Virus record (IMG/VR): IMGVR_UViG_3300005331_000001
DNA length: 48,448 nt
Strand: one strand, 5' to 3'
Source: a virus
Shown: piece by piece, positions 26,826 through 34,771 of the stretch
Numbering within the stretch: position 1 is the stretch's first letter
Layout of the letters: every line of letters begins with the position of its first letter
Notes under the pieces: generated by a model
Told to the model about the DNA's origin: nothing
What the model saw: only the letters and a program-made list of their open reading frames with translations
Databases searched by the model: none
Program-made: the position numbers and the translations under genes

Positions 26826-27292
26826 GCTGCCTCCTGGCTAAGCAGGTCAGAGAAGTACACGCCCTGCGGAGCAAAGCGCGCGACGATGCGGTCGGTGTAG
26901 GCGATTCCCTGGGCCCGATTGAACAGGCTGGTCACCGGAAAGCCGTCAGGCCCGAACAGGTGGCACTCGCCCATCATGTCCAGCTTCGTTTCGTATGGCA
27001 GGTGACGCATTACCCGGTACCACTCGGCCTGGAAGCCGGCGTCCTCGTTCAGCAGTATCTGCACGCCGATGTGCAGCTTGCAGTACTTGCGAGCCTCGGC
27101 CGGGTCGCCCAGCTGGGTCATCTCGGCGATACGCTTGTACATCGCGAACCACAGGCGGTTCTGGTCCAGGGTGCGGTCTTTGCCCGGGCGAAGGCTCACC
27201 ACCACGAAGTGCTTGTCCTCGAACATCTTGGACATGCGGGTGATGGCCTCGGTGAGCATGGAACGGCAGTTGACGCTGATCTTGTCGGTCAT
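26822..27292 (-). CDS. ninB: NinB/Orf-family recombination mediator (156 aa)
   Basis: RTLDQNRLWFAMY is comparable to lambda NinB RSLDQNRKLWA. It lies upstream of ninG. Confidence 0.7.
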   Translation of the reverse strand: MTDKISVNCRSMLTEAITRMSKMFEDKHFVVVSLRPGKDRTLDQNRLWFAMYKRIAEMTQLGDPAEARKYCKLHIGVQILLNEDAGFQAEWYRVMRHLPYETKLDMMGECHLFGPDGFPVTSLFNRAQGIAYTDRIVARFAPQGVYFSDLLSQEAA

Positions 27293-27690
27293 GGCTGCTC
27301 TCCACTGCCTGCCACGCGCTGGGAAATCACTTCGTCAAAGGTGCGGAATCCAATCACGCTCACATCCCAGTAAGGCGAGTGAATAACGCGCCCGTAATCA
27401 TCGGTTTCGCCGCTGTCGTAGGTCACCGCCAGCAGGTAGTCGCCTTCGCCTTTGGTCATGAGGTGCTGCTCACCGATTTCCTCGTCGGCCTTCAACTGGC
27501 TCTCGATGCTCTGGAGCTGCTCGATACCGACCTTTCCGCGAACGCCGTAGATTCCGTTTTCCTCCCAGCCCAAGCCGAACACGGTGTACTCGACAACGAG
27601 TCGTGGCTCATCGCTTGGCCAAACAGATGTCTCTTCAAGGACAAATGCCGCCCACTGCCGCTTGGATTCTTCGTAGCGAATATCGGTCAT
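27289..27690 (-). CDS. Hypothetical protein (133 aa)
   Basis: A coupled ORF in the nin-like region. Confidence 0.5.
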   Translation of the reverse strand: MTDIRYEESKRQWAAFVLEETSVWPSDEPRLVVEYTVFGLGWEENGIYGVRGKVGIEQLQSIESQLKADEEIGEQHLMTKGEGDYLLAVTYDSGETDDYGRVIHSPYWDVSVIGFRTFDEVISQRVAGSGEQP

Positions 27691-28223
27691 GACTGGTCTC
27701 CCTTGCCCAGGGCTGCGCGATACCCGTACAACTCCGCCACATCTCGGTCATATTCCCGGCGCATCACAGGGTGCATATCTTCCGGCAGTTGTCCGCCGAA
27801 CTTCTGGAGCATTTCCCCTTTCAAGGAGTTGATGCACTCGGCCAAGGCATTGCGCAGCGCCTCGTTCTCGGCCTTGAGGCGGTCAACCTCGACCAAAGCT
27901 GCGGACCAGCTATCGAACCCGTGCGTCTCGCGAAGCTCAACCATGTGCTCTTTGAACTTGGTCATTTCGCGAAGATCGGATTTGAACCGATCGTTTTCAG
28001 CGATCAGTTCAAGCACAACGGTCGGGGTCATTGCGCCGAGGAATTTCGCCTTTACCTCGCGATCCGAATCAGGACCAGGCTGTTTTGCGCTCTTCACGCG
28101 CATTGTCGCGATGTAGCCGTGATCGTCACGGATGGCGTACTCGGTCCAATTCTCTTGCAGGAAACGCCAATTCAGGTTGCCGCAGGCCTCGGCTAGCCTC
28201 TTCAGTTCGGTGCGGTCAGCCAT
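27687..28223 (-). CDS. Ead/Ea22-like protein (178 aa from the ATG at 28223)
   Basis: DRTELKRLAEACGNLNW... followed by a coiled coil (KAENEALRNALAECI). Confidence 0.55.
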   Translation of the reverse strand: MADRTELKRLAEACGNLNWRFLQENWTEYAIRDDHGYIATMRVKSAKQPGPDSDREVKAKFLGAMTPTVVLELIAENDRFKSDLREMTKFKEHMVELRETHGFDSWSAALVEVDRLKAENEALRNALAECINSLKGEMLQKFGGQLPEDMHPVMRREYDRDVAELYGYRAALGKGDQS

Positions 28224-28452
28224 GGAAAGTGTCCTCTTGCTCAAAGTCGGCAAGGTGGTCAAGGAACTCTTCTTGCTCCTTGACTTGCTTTTTCAGCAGC
28301 GCCGCGTGGGAGGCCTTCCAAGCCCACCATGCGAAATGGAGGGTGCTGGTGCTGTAGGTGTCGTCACGTCGGCTCAGGTACACCGCCAGCACGGGCTCTT
28401 TAGCCTCCAAAGCAACAGCGGTCTCAAACTCTTCACGCATCTTGTCGGTCAT
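28216..28452 (-). CDS. Hypothetical protein (78 aa)
   Basis: A coupled ORF. Confidence 0.45.
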   Translation of the reverse strand: MTDKMREEFETAVALEAKEPVLAVYLSRRDDTYSTSTLHFAWWAWKASHAALLKKQVKEQEEFLDHLADFEQEDTFHG

Positions 28453-28721
28453 GTCCGTTGCTCCGCTGCTTCTGCGATCAACGCCATGCGCTCCAACTTA
28501 CGCGCCTGGAGCCACGCCTCAGACGTGCGATCTCGCTCGCTGCCCTTGTCAACCCACTCCCATACCGGGCGGCCGTTGCTGACCATGTAGGCGCGGTACA
28601 TTTTGCTGTACTGCTGTTGGCGGATTTGCTGGACGCCTCGCCCCTTCAGGAAGCGCTCGTCCCCGGCCTGCGGCTTTGGCTTGGCCTGGGCGGTGCTGTA
28701 TCGAATGCTGGTAACTGCCAT
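28449..28721 (-). CDS. Hypothetical protein (90 aa from the ATG at 28721)
   Basis: ORF immediately after the stop codon of the DnaC-like gene. Confidence 0.45.
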   Translation of the reverse strand: MAVTSIRYSTAQAKPKPQAGDERFLKGRGVQQIRQQQYSKMYRAYMVSNGRPVWEWVDKGSERDRTSEAWLQARKLERMALIAEAAEQRT

Positions 28722-28722
28722 G

Positions 28723-29547
28723 TCAAAAACCCTCCTTTCCGCGCTGCGATTCCCACTCAAACGGGATTACGATCACGCCGCCCTCCCGAAGCCGATCAAT
28801 GCAGCGGTCGCCAATGGCATCCGGCAGCGCCTTGGCTTCCAGGTTGGAAACGATCACCGTGGGGCGCATCTGCTCGTATCGGCCGTTGATGATTGCGAAC
28901 AGAGTGGTCAGCTCGAAGTCGCTGGGCTTTTCCTTGCTGACGCCTATCTCGTCCAGAATGAGCAGCGAGGGGCTGATCAGGCTGGCGAGAATCTGGCTTT
29001 CGCTCTGGTCGCTGCTGCGGTCGTACGTGGCTCGGATCGCTTGCAGCACGGACCCGATGGTGCGGTACACCGCCGTGGCGCTCGACCTGGCCATGATCTC
29101 GTTGGCGATGGCGACCGACAGATGCGTCTTGCCGGTGCCGGGCTTGCCCAGCAGCAGCAGGCAGCGACCGGCCTCGGCGATCTCCTTGAACTCAGCGGCG
29201 TACCGGCGGCAGGTGTTCAGCGCTTTACGCTGCTCTGACGTGGCGGCGACGTACCCATCCAGAGTTTTGCCCGCAAATCGCTTGGGGATCAGCGCGGCGC
29301 CGAGCTTGCGCTCCATCGCCATGCGAATCTCCATTGCCTTGCTGGCCTGCTCGGCGGCCTCGGTCTTCTCGCGAGTGATCCGGCTGCACTCAGGGCAGGC
29401 GCTCTTCAGCTCCTTGCCCAGGACAGGGAATACCTTCTGCTCGAAGTCGCCGTGGGCCTCACAGGTGGCAGGCTGAATTCGAGTGCCTGGCGGGAACTCG
29501 GGCGACGTCTGTTCTGCTGGCTCAGATCGCATAGGAACCGTCCTCAC
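28723..29547 (-). CDS. DnaC/IstB-like AAA+ helicase loader (274 aa)
   Basis: Walker A LLLLGKPGTGKTHLSVAIANE, Walker B LLILDEIG and an N-terminal Cys4 element (C..H...C..C). Confidence 0.85.
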   Translation of the reverse strand: MRTVPMRSEPAEQTSPEFPPGTRIQPATCEAHGDFEQKVFPVLGKELKSACPECSRITREKTEAAEQASKAMEIRMAMERKLGAALIPKRFAGKTLDGYVAATSEQRKALNTCRRYAAEFKEIAEAGRCLLLLGKPGTGKTHLSVAIANEIMARSSATAVYRTIGSVLQAIRATYDRSSDQSESQILASLISPSLLILDEIGVSKEKPSDFELTTLFAIINGRYEQMRPTVIVSNLEAKALPDAIGDRCIDRLREGGVIVIPFEWESQRGKEGF

Positions 29548-30301
29548 GCTGAATCAGCCCTGCGGTGTAGTCGCGCTCTGCGAAACCGGTGTGGCGCGAT
29601 TGTGGGAACTGGTGGACGTTGCTAGAGAGTTTGTCCGGGAAAATTCCTGTCCAGCCGTTGCTGATCGAGGTCGCCAACACCTGATCGGGGGCGGAATGGC
29701 CCGCCAGCGCCTTGGCCTGCTGCTCACAGCTCTTGGCGGTCAGCGGCTTACGGATCTCCTTGCGGTGCTGGCACCAGTCGGCCCAGGCCTTGTCGGACAC
29801 GTTCACCGGCTTGGCAGTGAGAGGATCGAATTTGCCAGCCTTCGCCGGTGCGCCAGCACCTTGCTTTTGATCTTGCTCTTTCTTCTCTTCTCTTCTCTTC
29901 TCTTCTCTGGTCCGCAAACTGTCCGCATCAGAAGCGGACAAATTTCGGACAGGGTTTTTCCGGTCGTTGCGCTTGCGCTCAGCATCGTTGGCGCGGCGCT
30001 TGGCGCTAGCTCCGTTATGCTCGTCAAAGCGAGGCATTACGAGGCTTCCGCCGTCATTAACTGAAGCCCACTCCACGTCGATCATCGCCTGCGTGAAACC
30101 TGGCCAGCCCACTACAGCATCCATCGCATCCACGGTGTAACCAACCAGCACTCCGTCACTGGAATGGGTATCGAAGATGCTCCACGCAACATGCAGTCCG
30201 CCGATAATCCGCAATCTGTCCGCTTGCAATGCGGACACCATGCGGAACACTTTCGGGTGTGTCTGAAGGTCTATTCGCATTTTGATCCAATCCCCGGCCA
30301 T
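29522..30301 (-). CDS. Putative replication initiator (O-like, 259 aa)
   Basis: It lies directly upstream of the loader gene, has a basic/acidic linker (EEKRREEKKEQDQK), and carries two iteron-like clusters inside its own coding sequence. Confidence 0.55.
   Translation of the reverse strand: MAGDWIKMRIDLQTHPKVFRMVSALQADRLRIIGGLHVAWSIFDTHSSDGVLVGYTVDAMDAVVGWPGFTQAMIDVEWASVNDGGSLVMPRFDEHNGASAKRRANDAERKRNDRKNPVRNLSASDADSLRTREEKRREEKKEQDQKQGAGAPAKAGKFDPLTAKPVNVSDKAWADWCQHRKEIRKPLTAKSCEQQAKALAGHSAPDQVLATSISNGWTGIFPDKLSSNVHQFPQSRHTGFAERDYTAGLIQREDGSYAI
29881..29908. repeat. (TCTTC)x5 + TCT polypyrimidine pentanucleotide repeat
   Basis: tcttc tcttc tcttc tcttc tcttc tct was read directly. It lies inside the initiator coding sequence and abuts iteron cluster 1. 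Confidence 0.9.
29909..29952. promoter_or_regulatory. Iteron-like cluster 1 (candidate ori)
   Basis: GTCCGC at 29910 and 29921, facing GCGGAC at 29934 and TCGGAC at 29945. Spacing within each arm is 11 bp, and the arms have dyad symmetry. Confidence 0.5.
30195..30248. promoter_or_regulatory. Iteron-like cluster 2 (candidate ori or initiator autoregulation site)
   Basis: GTCCGC at 30196, ATCCGC at 30207 and GTCCGC at 30218, facing GCGGAC at 30231 and GCGGAA at 30242. Phasing is 11 bp. Confidence 0.5.
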
Positions 30302-31122
30302 TACGCGGCCCTCAGTGCTTTGTCGTGGGTGTACAGGCCGTCCCAGGTCTTCTTCATGGGCAGATCGCCGGCCAGGTACAGGTCGTACAGGCGTGCGGCG
30401 CCCTTCTTCAGCAGGATCGGCGTGTAGGAGATGAATGGGTCTTTGCCGTGCGGGGTGACTTCCACCTGGTGCTCGGTCATGTACTTGTCGCGGGCGTACG
30501 AGCCCACACGGTGACGGGTGCCGGACTTGCTCTCGTTGTAGAGCCAGTTGCGGCCTTCCAGGTAATTCCCCACCTGCATGACGTTGACCCCATTGAGGCC
30601 CTTGCAGAACTGGGTGTGGGTCATCCCTTCCTTGAACAGGTTCTCCAGGGAGTGAATCTTCGTGGCTTGGGCCTGAACCTCGACAGAGAGCTGTAGCCTG
30701 GCCTGTTCAGCCGCCTGCTTCTGCTCTACCTCGTCCGCCCACGCGCGGGCAGCCGCTGCCGGATTTGAGAAGTCAGGGAGGGTTGCAATGACACGGCCAC
30801 CTTCCAGTTCTCGCCAGCGCTTGATAACGGCCATGCGCATTGCCGCGCTGTAGCCGGTGAGAAGGCAGTCAGTGTGTTCCCGGTCTAGCAGATATTCGGT
30901 TTGCTGCCGGTTCATTCCGTCCACATAGATACCCTGAAAAGTCAGGACATCTTCTTTGAGGTCGGCAAGCATGTTGCGAATGTCTGCCTTGACGTTGTCG
31001 TGCCGCTTGCCGGTCAGATCGGCGATTTCTCGCGACGACATTGTCCGCGCCACGTTTTCAGAAATAGAAAAACGTGGCGCGGGATTATTCAGGGCCTGTA
31101 CATCGGTGTTAGAGGTATGCAT
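30301..31122 (-). CDS. Rha-family regulator / KilAC-domain antirepressor-like protein (273 aa)
   Basis: The N-terminus MSSREIADLTGKRHDNVKADIRNM (Phage_pRha) is followed by a KilAC-like C-terminus. The ATG at 31122 is preceded by GAGG. Confidence 0.7.
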   Translation of the reverse strand: MHTSNTDVQALNNPAPRFSISENVARTMSSREIADLTGKRHDNVKADIRNMLADLKEDVLTFQGIYVDGMNRQQTEYLLDREHTDCLLTGYSAAMRMAVIKRWRELEGGRVIATLPDFSNPAAAARAWADEVEQKQAAEQARLQLSVEVQAQATKIHSLENLFKEGMTHTQFCKGLNGVNVMQVGNYLEGRNWLYNESKSGTRHRVGSYARDKYMTEHQVEVTPHGKDPFISYTPILLKKGAARLYDLYLAGDLPMKKTWDGLYTHDKALRAA

Positions 31123-31162
31123 AATCGGCCTCACAGATGATTTTGCTGTATGCAGTTAAAGA

Positions 31163-31188
31163 AGCCAGGCCGCGAACCTGGCTTTTTT
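31163..31188. terminator. Hairpin terminator between the RHH gene and the rha-like gene (strong on +, weaker on -)
   Basis: AGCCAGG-CCGCGAA-CCTGGCT followed by TTTTTT on the plus strand. On the minus strand the same hairpin is followed by TCTTTAA. Confidence 0.5.
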
Positions 31189-31205
31189 GTGCCTGCGATT
31201 TGGGT

Positions 31206-31451
31206 TTATGGATTCGGGTCTTCATCAGTCCCTCCTTTTTCAGGCCCTAATACGGCCTTCGGCGGGTCACGCCGTGTCGTTGGTAGATGCCGGATTTTTC
31301 CGGCCCCTCTTGGCCTGGTCTTCTCGAAAAAGCGTTCTGCTCCAAGCTTTGCGGCGTACTCGTCAGGCGTCATGCCTTCCGCTGCTGCCAACCGTTCAAG
31401 CTTTTCGTAGAGGCGCCCATCGATCCCGTGGCAGATCGTGGTTTCAGGCAC
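31206..31451 (-). CDS. Putative ribbon-helix-helix protein (81 aa)
   Basis: ICHGIDGRLYEKLERLAAAEGMTPDEYAAKL fits an RHH pattern. Confidence 0.4.
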   Translation of the reverse strand: MPETTICHGIDGRLYEKLERLAAAEGMTPDEYAAKLGAERFFEKTRPRGAGKIRHLPTTRRDPPKAVLGPEKGGTDEDPNP

Positions 31452-31471
31452 GTAAGCCTCCTTCAGGGCCT

Positions 31472-31666
31472 TCAGGCCTGCATGTGTTTACCGGTAGCAT
31501 TCGGTTCAACGATGCTTTCCAACTTCTCCTCGACGCACATGCGCACGAACACGGCCAGCTGCAGCTTGTGCAGGCGGGCCACGGCCTTTAACGCTTCGTA
31601 GGTTTCATCGTCATAACGGGACTTGATCTCCCGGTCTTTCAGGTGGCGTGTGTCGTCGTATGCCAT
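31472..31666 (-). CDS. Putative ribbon-helix-helix protein (64 aa)
   Basis: IKSRYDDETYEALKAVARLHKLQLAVFVRMCVEEKL fits an RHH pattern. Confidence 0.4.
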   Translation of the reverse strand: MAYDDTRHLKDREIKSRYDDETYEALKAVARLHKLQLAVFVRMCVEEKLESIVEPNATGKHMQA

Positions 31667-31695
31667 TGGTGAGGCTCCTTGGTTGTTCGAAAGGG

Positions 31696-31902
31696 TTATG
31701 CAGCCGATTTCTTGGCGATCGACTGGCTTGGGAATGGGCGTACTTCTTCGGCGGTGTAGGTGCCGTCGTCCTGCTTGGTTACGTAAACGTCGCGACCCAC
31801 ACGGATGGCCTTACTGAGGCCGCCCTGGGTCATGCCGAGCAGGATCGCCGCTTCGGTCTGGCCGAGCTGATTTGCGAATTCCTTGATGTGAACGCGATTC
31901 AT
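31696..31902 (-). CDS. cro: Cro-like HTH repressor (68 aa from the ATG at 31902)
   Basis: HTH QTEAAILLGMTQGGLSKAI. The gene is divergent from cI. GGGAGAAG precedes the ATG at 31902. The upstream ATG at 31926 coincides with the predicted transcription start. Confidence 0.75.
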   Translation of the reverse strand: MNRVHIKEFANQLGQTEAAILLGMTQGGLSKAIRVGRDVYVTKQDDGTYTAEEVRPFPSQSIAKKSAA

Positions 31903-31932
31903 GGTCTTCTCCCATGGGTTACTCATGGCGAG

Positions 31933-31975
31933 ATATTACCTATGGCATTTGCCAAAGTAAATGCCATTGGCATTT
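31933..31975. promoter_or_regulatory. Early-right promoter with overlapping operators in the cI/cro intergenic region
   Basis: On the minus strand the -35 is TTTACT (31956..31961), followed by a 17-nt spacer and the -10 TAATAT (31933..31938). The palindromes are TGGCATTTGCCA (31943..31954) and AAATGCCATTGGCATTT (31959..31975). Confidence 0.6.
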
Positions 31976-32008
31976 GGATAGTATTACTGGCGGGAATAAG
32001 ATTCGCGA

Positions 32009-32836
32009 ATGACCAAGAAAGCCCTAGACCCAGAAAGAAAAGCCGAGTCGGATAAGCTCAAGGCGATATTCAATTCGAAGAAGCGCGACCTGGGTCTGAC
32101 CCAGGAAAAGCTCGCGCACGCTCTCGATATGAATCAAAGCTCTGTGAGCCACTACCTGAACGGCGTAAACCCGCTCAACGCACCGGTGGCTGCGGAGTTC
32201 TCGAAAATATTGGATGTGCCGGTGGAGGATTTCAGCCCCCGCCTCGCCCGGCAGATATCCGATATGGTTGGGTTCGCTACTGACCTGCGAGCGCGGGCAT
32301 CCGTGAAAAGGCTCATCGACGACGATTTTCGAGACTCCACATCCAATGCTTCTGAGCTCACCGATATAGATGAGTGGGATGAGCAAACTCCGCTTCGAGA
32401 CGATGAGGTAGAGGTCCCATTTTTGCGGGAGGTTGAGTTGGCTGCTGGTTCCGGCCGCTTTGTGATTCAAGAGGATATTGGGGAAACCCTTCGATTCAAG
32501 AAGAAAAATCTTCGAGAAAACAACGTCCAGTTTGGTCACGCAAAATGCGTAACCGTACGAGGCAACAGCATGCTGCCGGTGCTTCGAGATGGCGCCACGG
32601 TTGGCGTCGACCTTGGCAAAACGGCCCTGGGCGATGTTATTGACGGCGACCTTTACGCTATCAACCACAGTGGCCAGCTCCGCGTAAAACAGCTTTTTAG
32701 GCTGCCTCAAGGGATTCGACTACGCAGCTTCAATCGTGACGATCACCCTGATGAGGAATACAGCTTCAGCCAGATGCAAGACGAGCAGATAGCGATTCTT
32801 GGGCACGTCTTCTGGTGGGGCATGTACGCCAGATAA
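32009..32836 (+). CDS. cI: CI-type repressor: HTH plus LexA-like S24 autopeptidase domain (275 aa)
   Basis: HTH LTQEKLAHALDMNQSSVSHYLNG, a candidate Ala-Gly cleavage site (LAAGSG), catalytic GNSMLP and a downstream Lys (RVKQLF). Confidence 0.9.
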   Translation: MTKKALDPERKAESDKLKAIFNSKKRDLGLTQEKLAHALDMNQSSVSHYLNGVNPLNAPVAAEFSKILDVPVEDFSPRLARQISDMVGFATDLRARASVKRLIDDDFRDSTSNASELTDIDEWDEQTPLRDDEVEVPFLREVELAAGSGRFVIQEDIGETLRFKKKNLRENNVQFGHAKCVTVRGNSMLPVLRDGATVGVDLGKTALGDVIDGDLYAINHSGQLRVKQLFRLPQGIRLRSFNRDDHPDEEYSFSQMQDEQIAILGHVFWWGMYAR

Positions 32837-32856
32837 CGCAGGAATGTGAAAAATTA

Positions 32857-32879
32857 ACCCGCCCTGCGCGGGTTTTTTA
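32857..32879 (+). terminator. Rho-independent terminator of cI
   Basis: CCCGC-CCTGC-GCGGG followed by TTTTTTATT. Confidence 0.75.
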
Positions 32880-32897
32880 TTGCCTTCGGAAAATATT

Positions 32898-32939
32898 ATT
32901 GCCATCGGTATTGACTGATAATAATGCCATCGGTATTGT
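32898..32939 (+). promoter_or_regulatory. Early-left promoter with two operator copies
   Basis: ATTGCCATCGGTATTG (32898..32913) and AATGCCATCGGTATTG (32923..32938) are 25 bp apart. The -35 is TTGACT (32911..32916), followed by a 17-nt spacer and the -10 TATTGT (32934..32939). The motif is related to AAATGCCATTGGCATTT at the cI/cro site. Confidence 0.6.
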
Positions 32940-33041
32940 TCACTCCATCGAGTCACCTAACAGGGACTCGCCAGGGCCCCAGGGCCCGACGCTCTTTAAC
33001 AGCTCAGGACCTTCGCAGATCGATCCCCGGCAACGGGCACA

Positions 33042-33272
33042 GTGCGAACAATAAATTCGATCTCCACGCCAGCTCTGGAACTGGCCGTGCTCACCAGATG
33101 TGAGTACGCGAAACCACGCAAGCCAGCCAGGAAGAACACCGGACACGAAATGTGTGACCTGGCCAAAGATATGAATCGGGCGATGCGCGTGGTGGAGACA
33201 ACAGATTTCCTCGATGACCTTGGAGACAGGGTCATCCGGAAAATCAAACGAACAACGGAGTACGCGACATGA
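33042..33272 (+). CDS. Hypothetical first ORF of the early-left operon (76 aa, GTG start; start uncertain)
   Basis: It has a basic stretch (KPRKPARKN). No clear ribosome-binding site. Confidence 0.35.
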   Translation: MRTINSISTPALELAVLTRCEYAKPRKPARKNTGHEMCDLAKDMNRAMRVVETTDFLDDLGDRVIRKIKRTTEYAT

Positions 33273-33595
33273 ACAAGCATTTCACTGAATGGATGCAAGA
33301 AGGCCGCGATCCAGCGTGGAAGAAAATCACCACACGGCTTCTGCTGGGCGACGGGAGCAGCCTGTCAGTACAAGCATCAACAAATCACTACTGCGCACCA
33401 CGCTGCGACTTCGATGACTACGACCAGTACTACGAATTCGAAGTTGGTTTTCCATCGGCCCAGATGGATGAGTTAGCGCCATACCAAGATGGCCAAGGCG
33501 ACCAAACATCTGCGGTTTTTGGATATGTCCCTAAAGAGATCATCGAATCTCTGATTGAGGCCCGAGGCGGCGTAAAAGGGCTCGATAAGCCATGA
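33269..33595 (+). CDS. Hypothetical protein (108 aa)
   Basis: The ATG is preceded by GGAG. Confidence 0.55.
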   Translation: MNKHFTEWMQEGRDPAWKKITTRLLLGDGSSLSVQASTNHYCAPRCDFDDYDQYYEFEVGFPSAQMDELAPYQDGQGDQTSAVFGYVPKEIIESLIEARGGVKGLDKP

Positions 33596-33606
33596 AGCAT
33601 CACTGA

Positions 33607-33630
33607 AGCGCCTTCGACGAGGGCGCTTTG
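33607..33630 (+). terminator. Possible weak terminator hairpin
   Basis: AGCGCC-TTCGACGAG-GGCGCT followed by TTGGG. The U-tract is poor. Confidence 0.3.
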
Positions 33631-33881
33631 GGATGTGGACGAAGCAACACTCCTCGCAACGAGGCCACCTGCATCAAGTCGGCCATGTCGGGCAGCGCTT
33701 AGGCGCAAGGCAGCCATGGCACCGGACGCGTAACCGGAACCTTAACGAACCACCCCGGCCTGACGCCAGTAGCGTGACCGGGTACAGATGGCTCCCTGCT
33801 GATTCAGGTAGCCATCTGGTTTCACAAATGCCTCTAGACCCCCTGGAGGTATTTGGAAGCCCTAAATTGGAGCAGGCAGAA

Positions 33882-34100
33882 ATGCAGATCGAACAACTTG
33901 AAAAAATAATTGAGTCGGCGAATAAAGCTCTGTCTGCCCGCAAAGGGCTTGCGCAGCTTCACCAGAAACATGCGGCCCGATCCAGCGAACTTGGCTTCAG
34001 CAGAAGCCGAACTACTACCTACAACGCAGCCGCTAGCGACAAGGTTGAAACAGCACAGTTTCATGAAGCCGAGCTGGCGAAGCTGATCACTAGCAAATGA
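33882..34100 (+). CDS. Hypothetical coiled-coil protein (72 aa from the ATG at 33882)
   Basis: GGAGCAGG lies upstream of this ATG. The part of the 33633 track ORF upstream of it is Arg-, His- and Gly-rich and does not look coding. Confidence 0.45.
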   Translation: MQIEQLEKIIESANKALSARKGLAQLHQKHAARSSELGFSRSRTTTYNAAASDKVETAQFHEAELAKLITSK

Positions 34101-34112
34101 ATGGAGACGGTG

Positions 34113-34382
34113 ATGAATAAGCACACGCCTGGCCCTTGGCATGTTGGTGGCGGACAGCAAGCCCAAATCGTTTACGACAAAGACGGATGGGGAATCGCTA
34201 ATGCGGTGGTTTTTCATCGGAAGCATAAGCAGGGATCAACTTTAGCCAATGCCAAGCTGATCGCCGCTGCGCCTGACCTGCTTGCACTTGCCGAGTACAT
34301 GAAAAGCCTGATGGATGAAGACAGTGTCGAGGACATGCCTTACGGGATGATCATTGCGGCCATCGCCAAGGCTACGGCCTAA
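34113..34382 (+). CDS. Hypothetical protein with an N-terminal TPGPW motif (89 aa)
   Basis: A GGAGA ribosome-binding site precedes the start. KHTPGPWHVGG..AKLIAAAPDLLALAE is a motif common in small phage proteins. Confidence 0.55.
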   Translation: MNKHTPGPWHVGGGQQAQIVYDKDGWGIANAVVFHRKHKQGSTLANAKLIAAAPDLLALAEYMKSLMDEDSVEDMPYGMIIAAIAKATA

Positions 34383-34746
34383 CCCTCTCCTTGCACGTCA
34401 GCCAGACGAAAATTGGCCCGATCCTTTCCTTGGGGAGACTCGTATAGGGAGAGGCTGTATCGGAGTGTGATCTGAATGCCCAGGCTGATGGGCAATAACT
34501 GACTGGCACCCATACCGGCATTGCTTTCAGCCGGACAGGAGCGTGGCGATCACGGCTCAGGCTCTGATCAAGGTCAGGACAATCGAAAGCCGGAGACCAG
34601 CACCGGCCAGATCACACCCCGATGCAGGCGAGCAACACTTTGAAAGCCGATGCATTCAATCAGCGCGGAGGATTTGCAGCCATGTAACAGATATCCAGCC
34701 GCCCGACGCCACATGCGCCCGGCAGGCTTGTACGTAGAGAGGGAAA

Positions 34747-34771
34747 AGCCCGGTTTCGACTGGGCTTTTTT
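34747..34771 (+). terminator. Rho-independent terminator ending an ORF-free stretch
   Basis: AGCCCGG-TTTCGA-CTGGGCT (one G:U pair) followed by TTTTTT. Confidence 0.7.

Noticed and set aside
29881-29908. The (TCTTC)5 repeat, considered as a CRISPR-like or microsatellite array.
   Set aside because: It is only 28 bp with no spacers, and it encodes the EEKRREEKKE linker of the initiator. It is retained only as an ori-adjacent feature.
31141-31160. CTGTATGCAGTT, considered as a second LexA box.
   Set aside because: It does not satisfy CTG-N10-CAG or CTGT-N8-ACAG.
34383-34771. Several GGA motifs (about 10) suggested an RsmY/RsmZ-like CsrA/RsmA-sponge RNA.
   Set aside because: The count is barely above what composition predicts (my rough estimate is about 6). 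I could not place the motifs in hairpin loops by eye.
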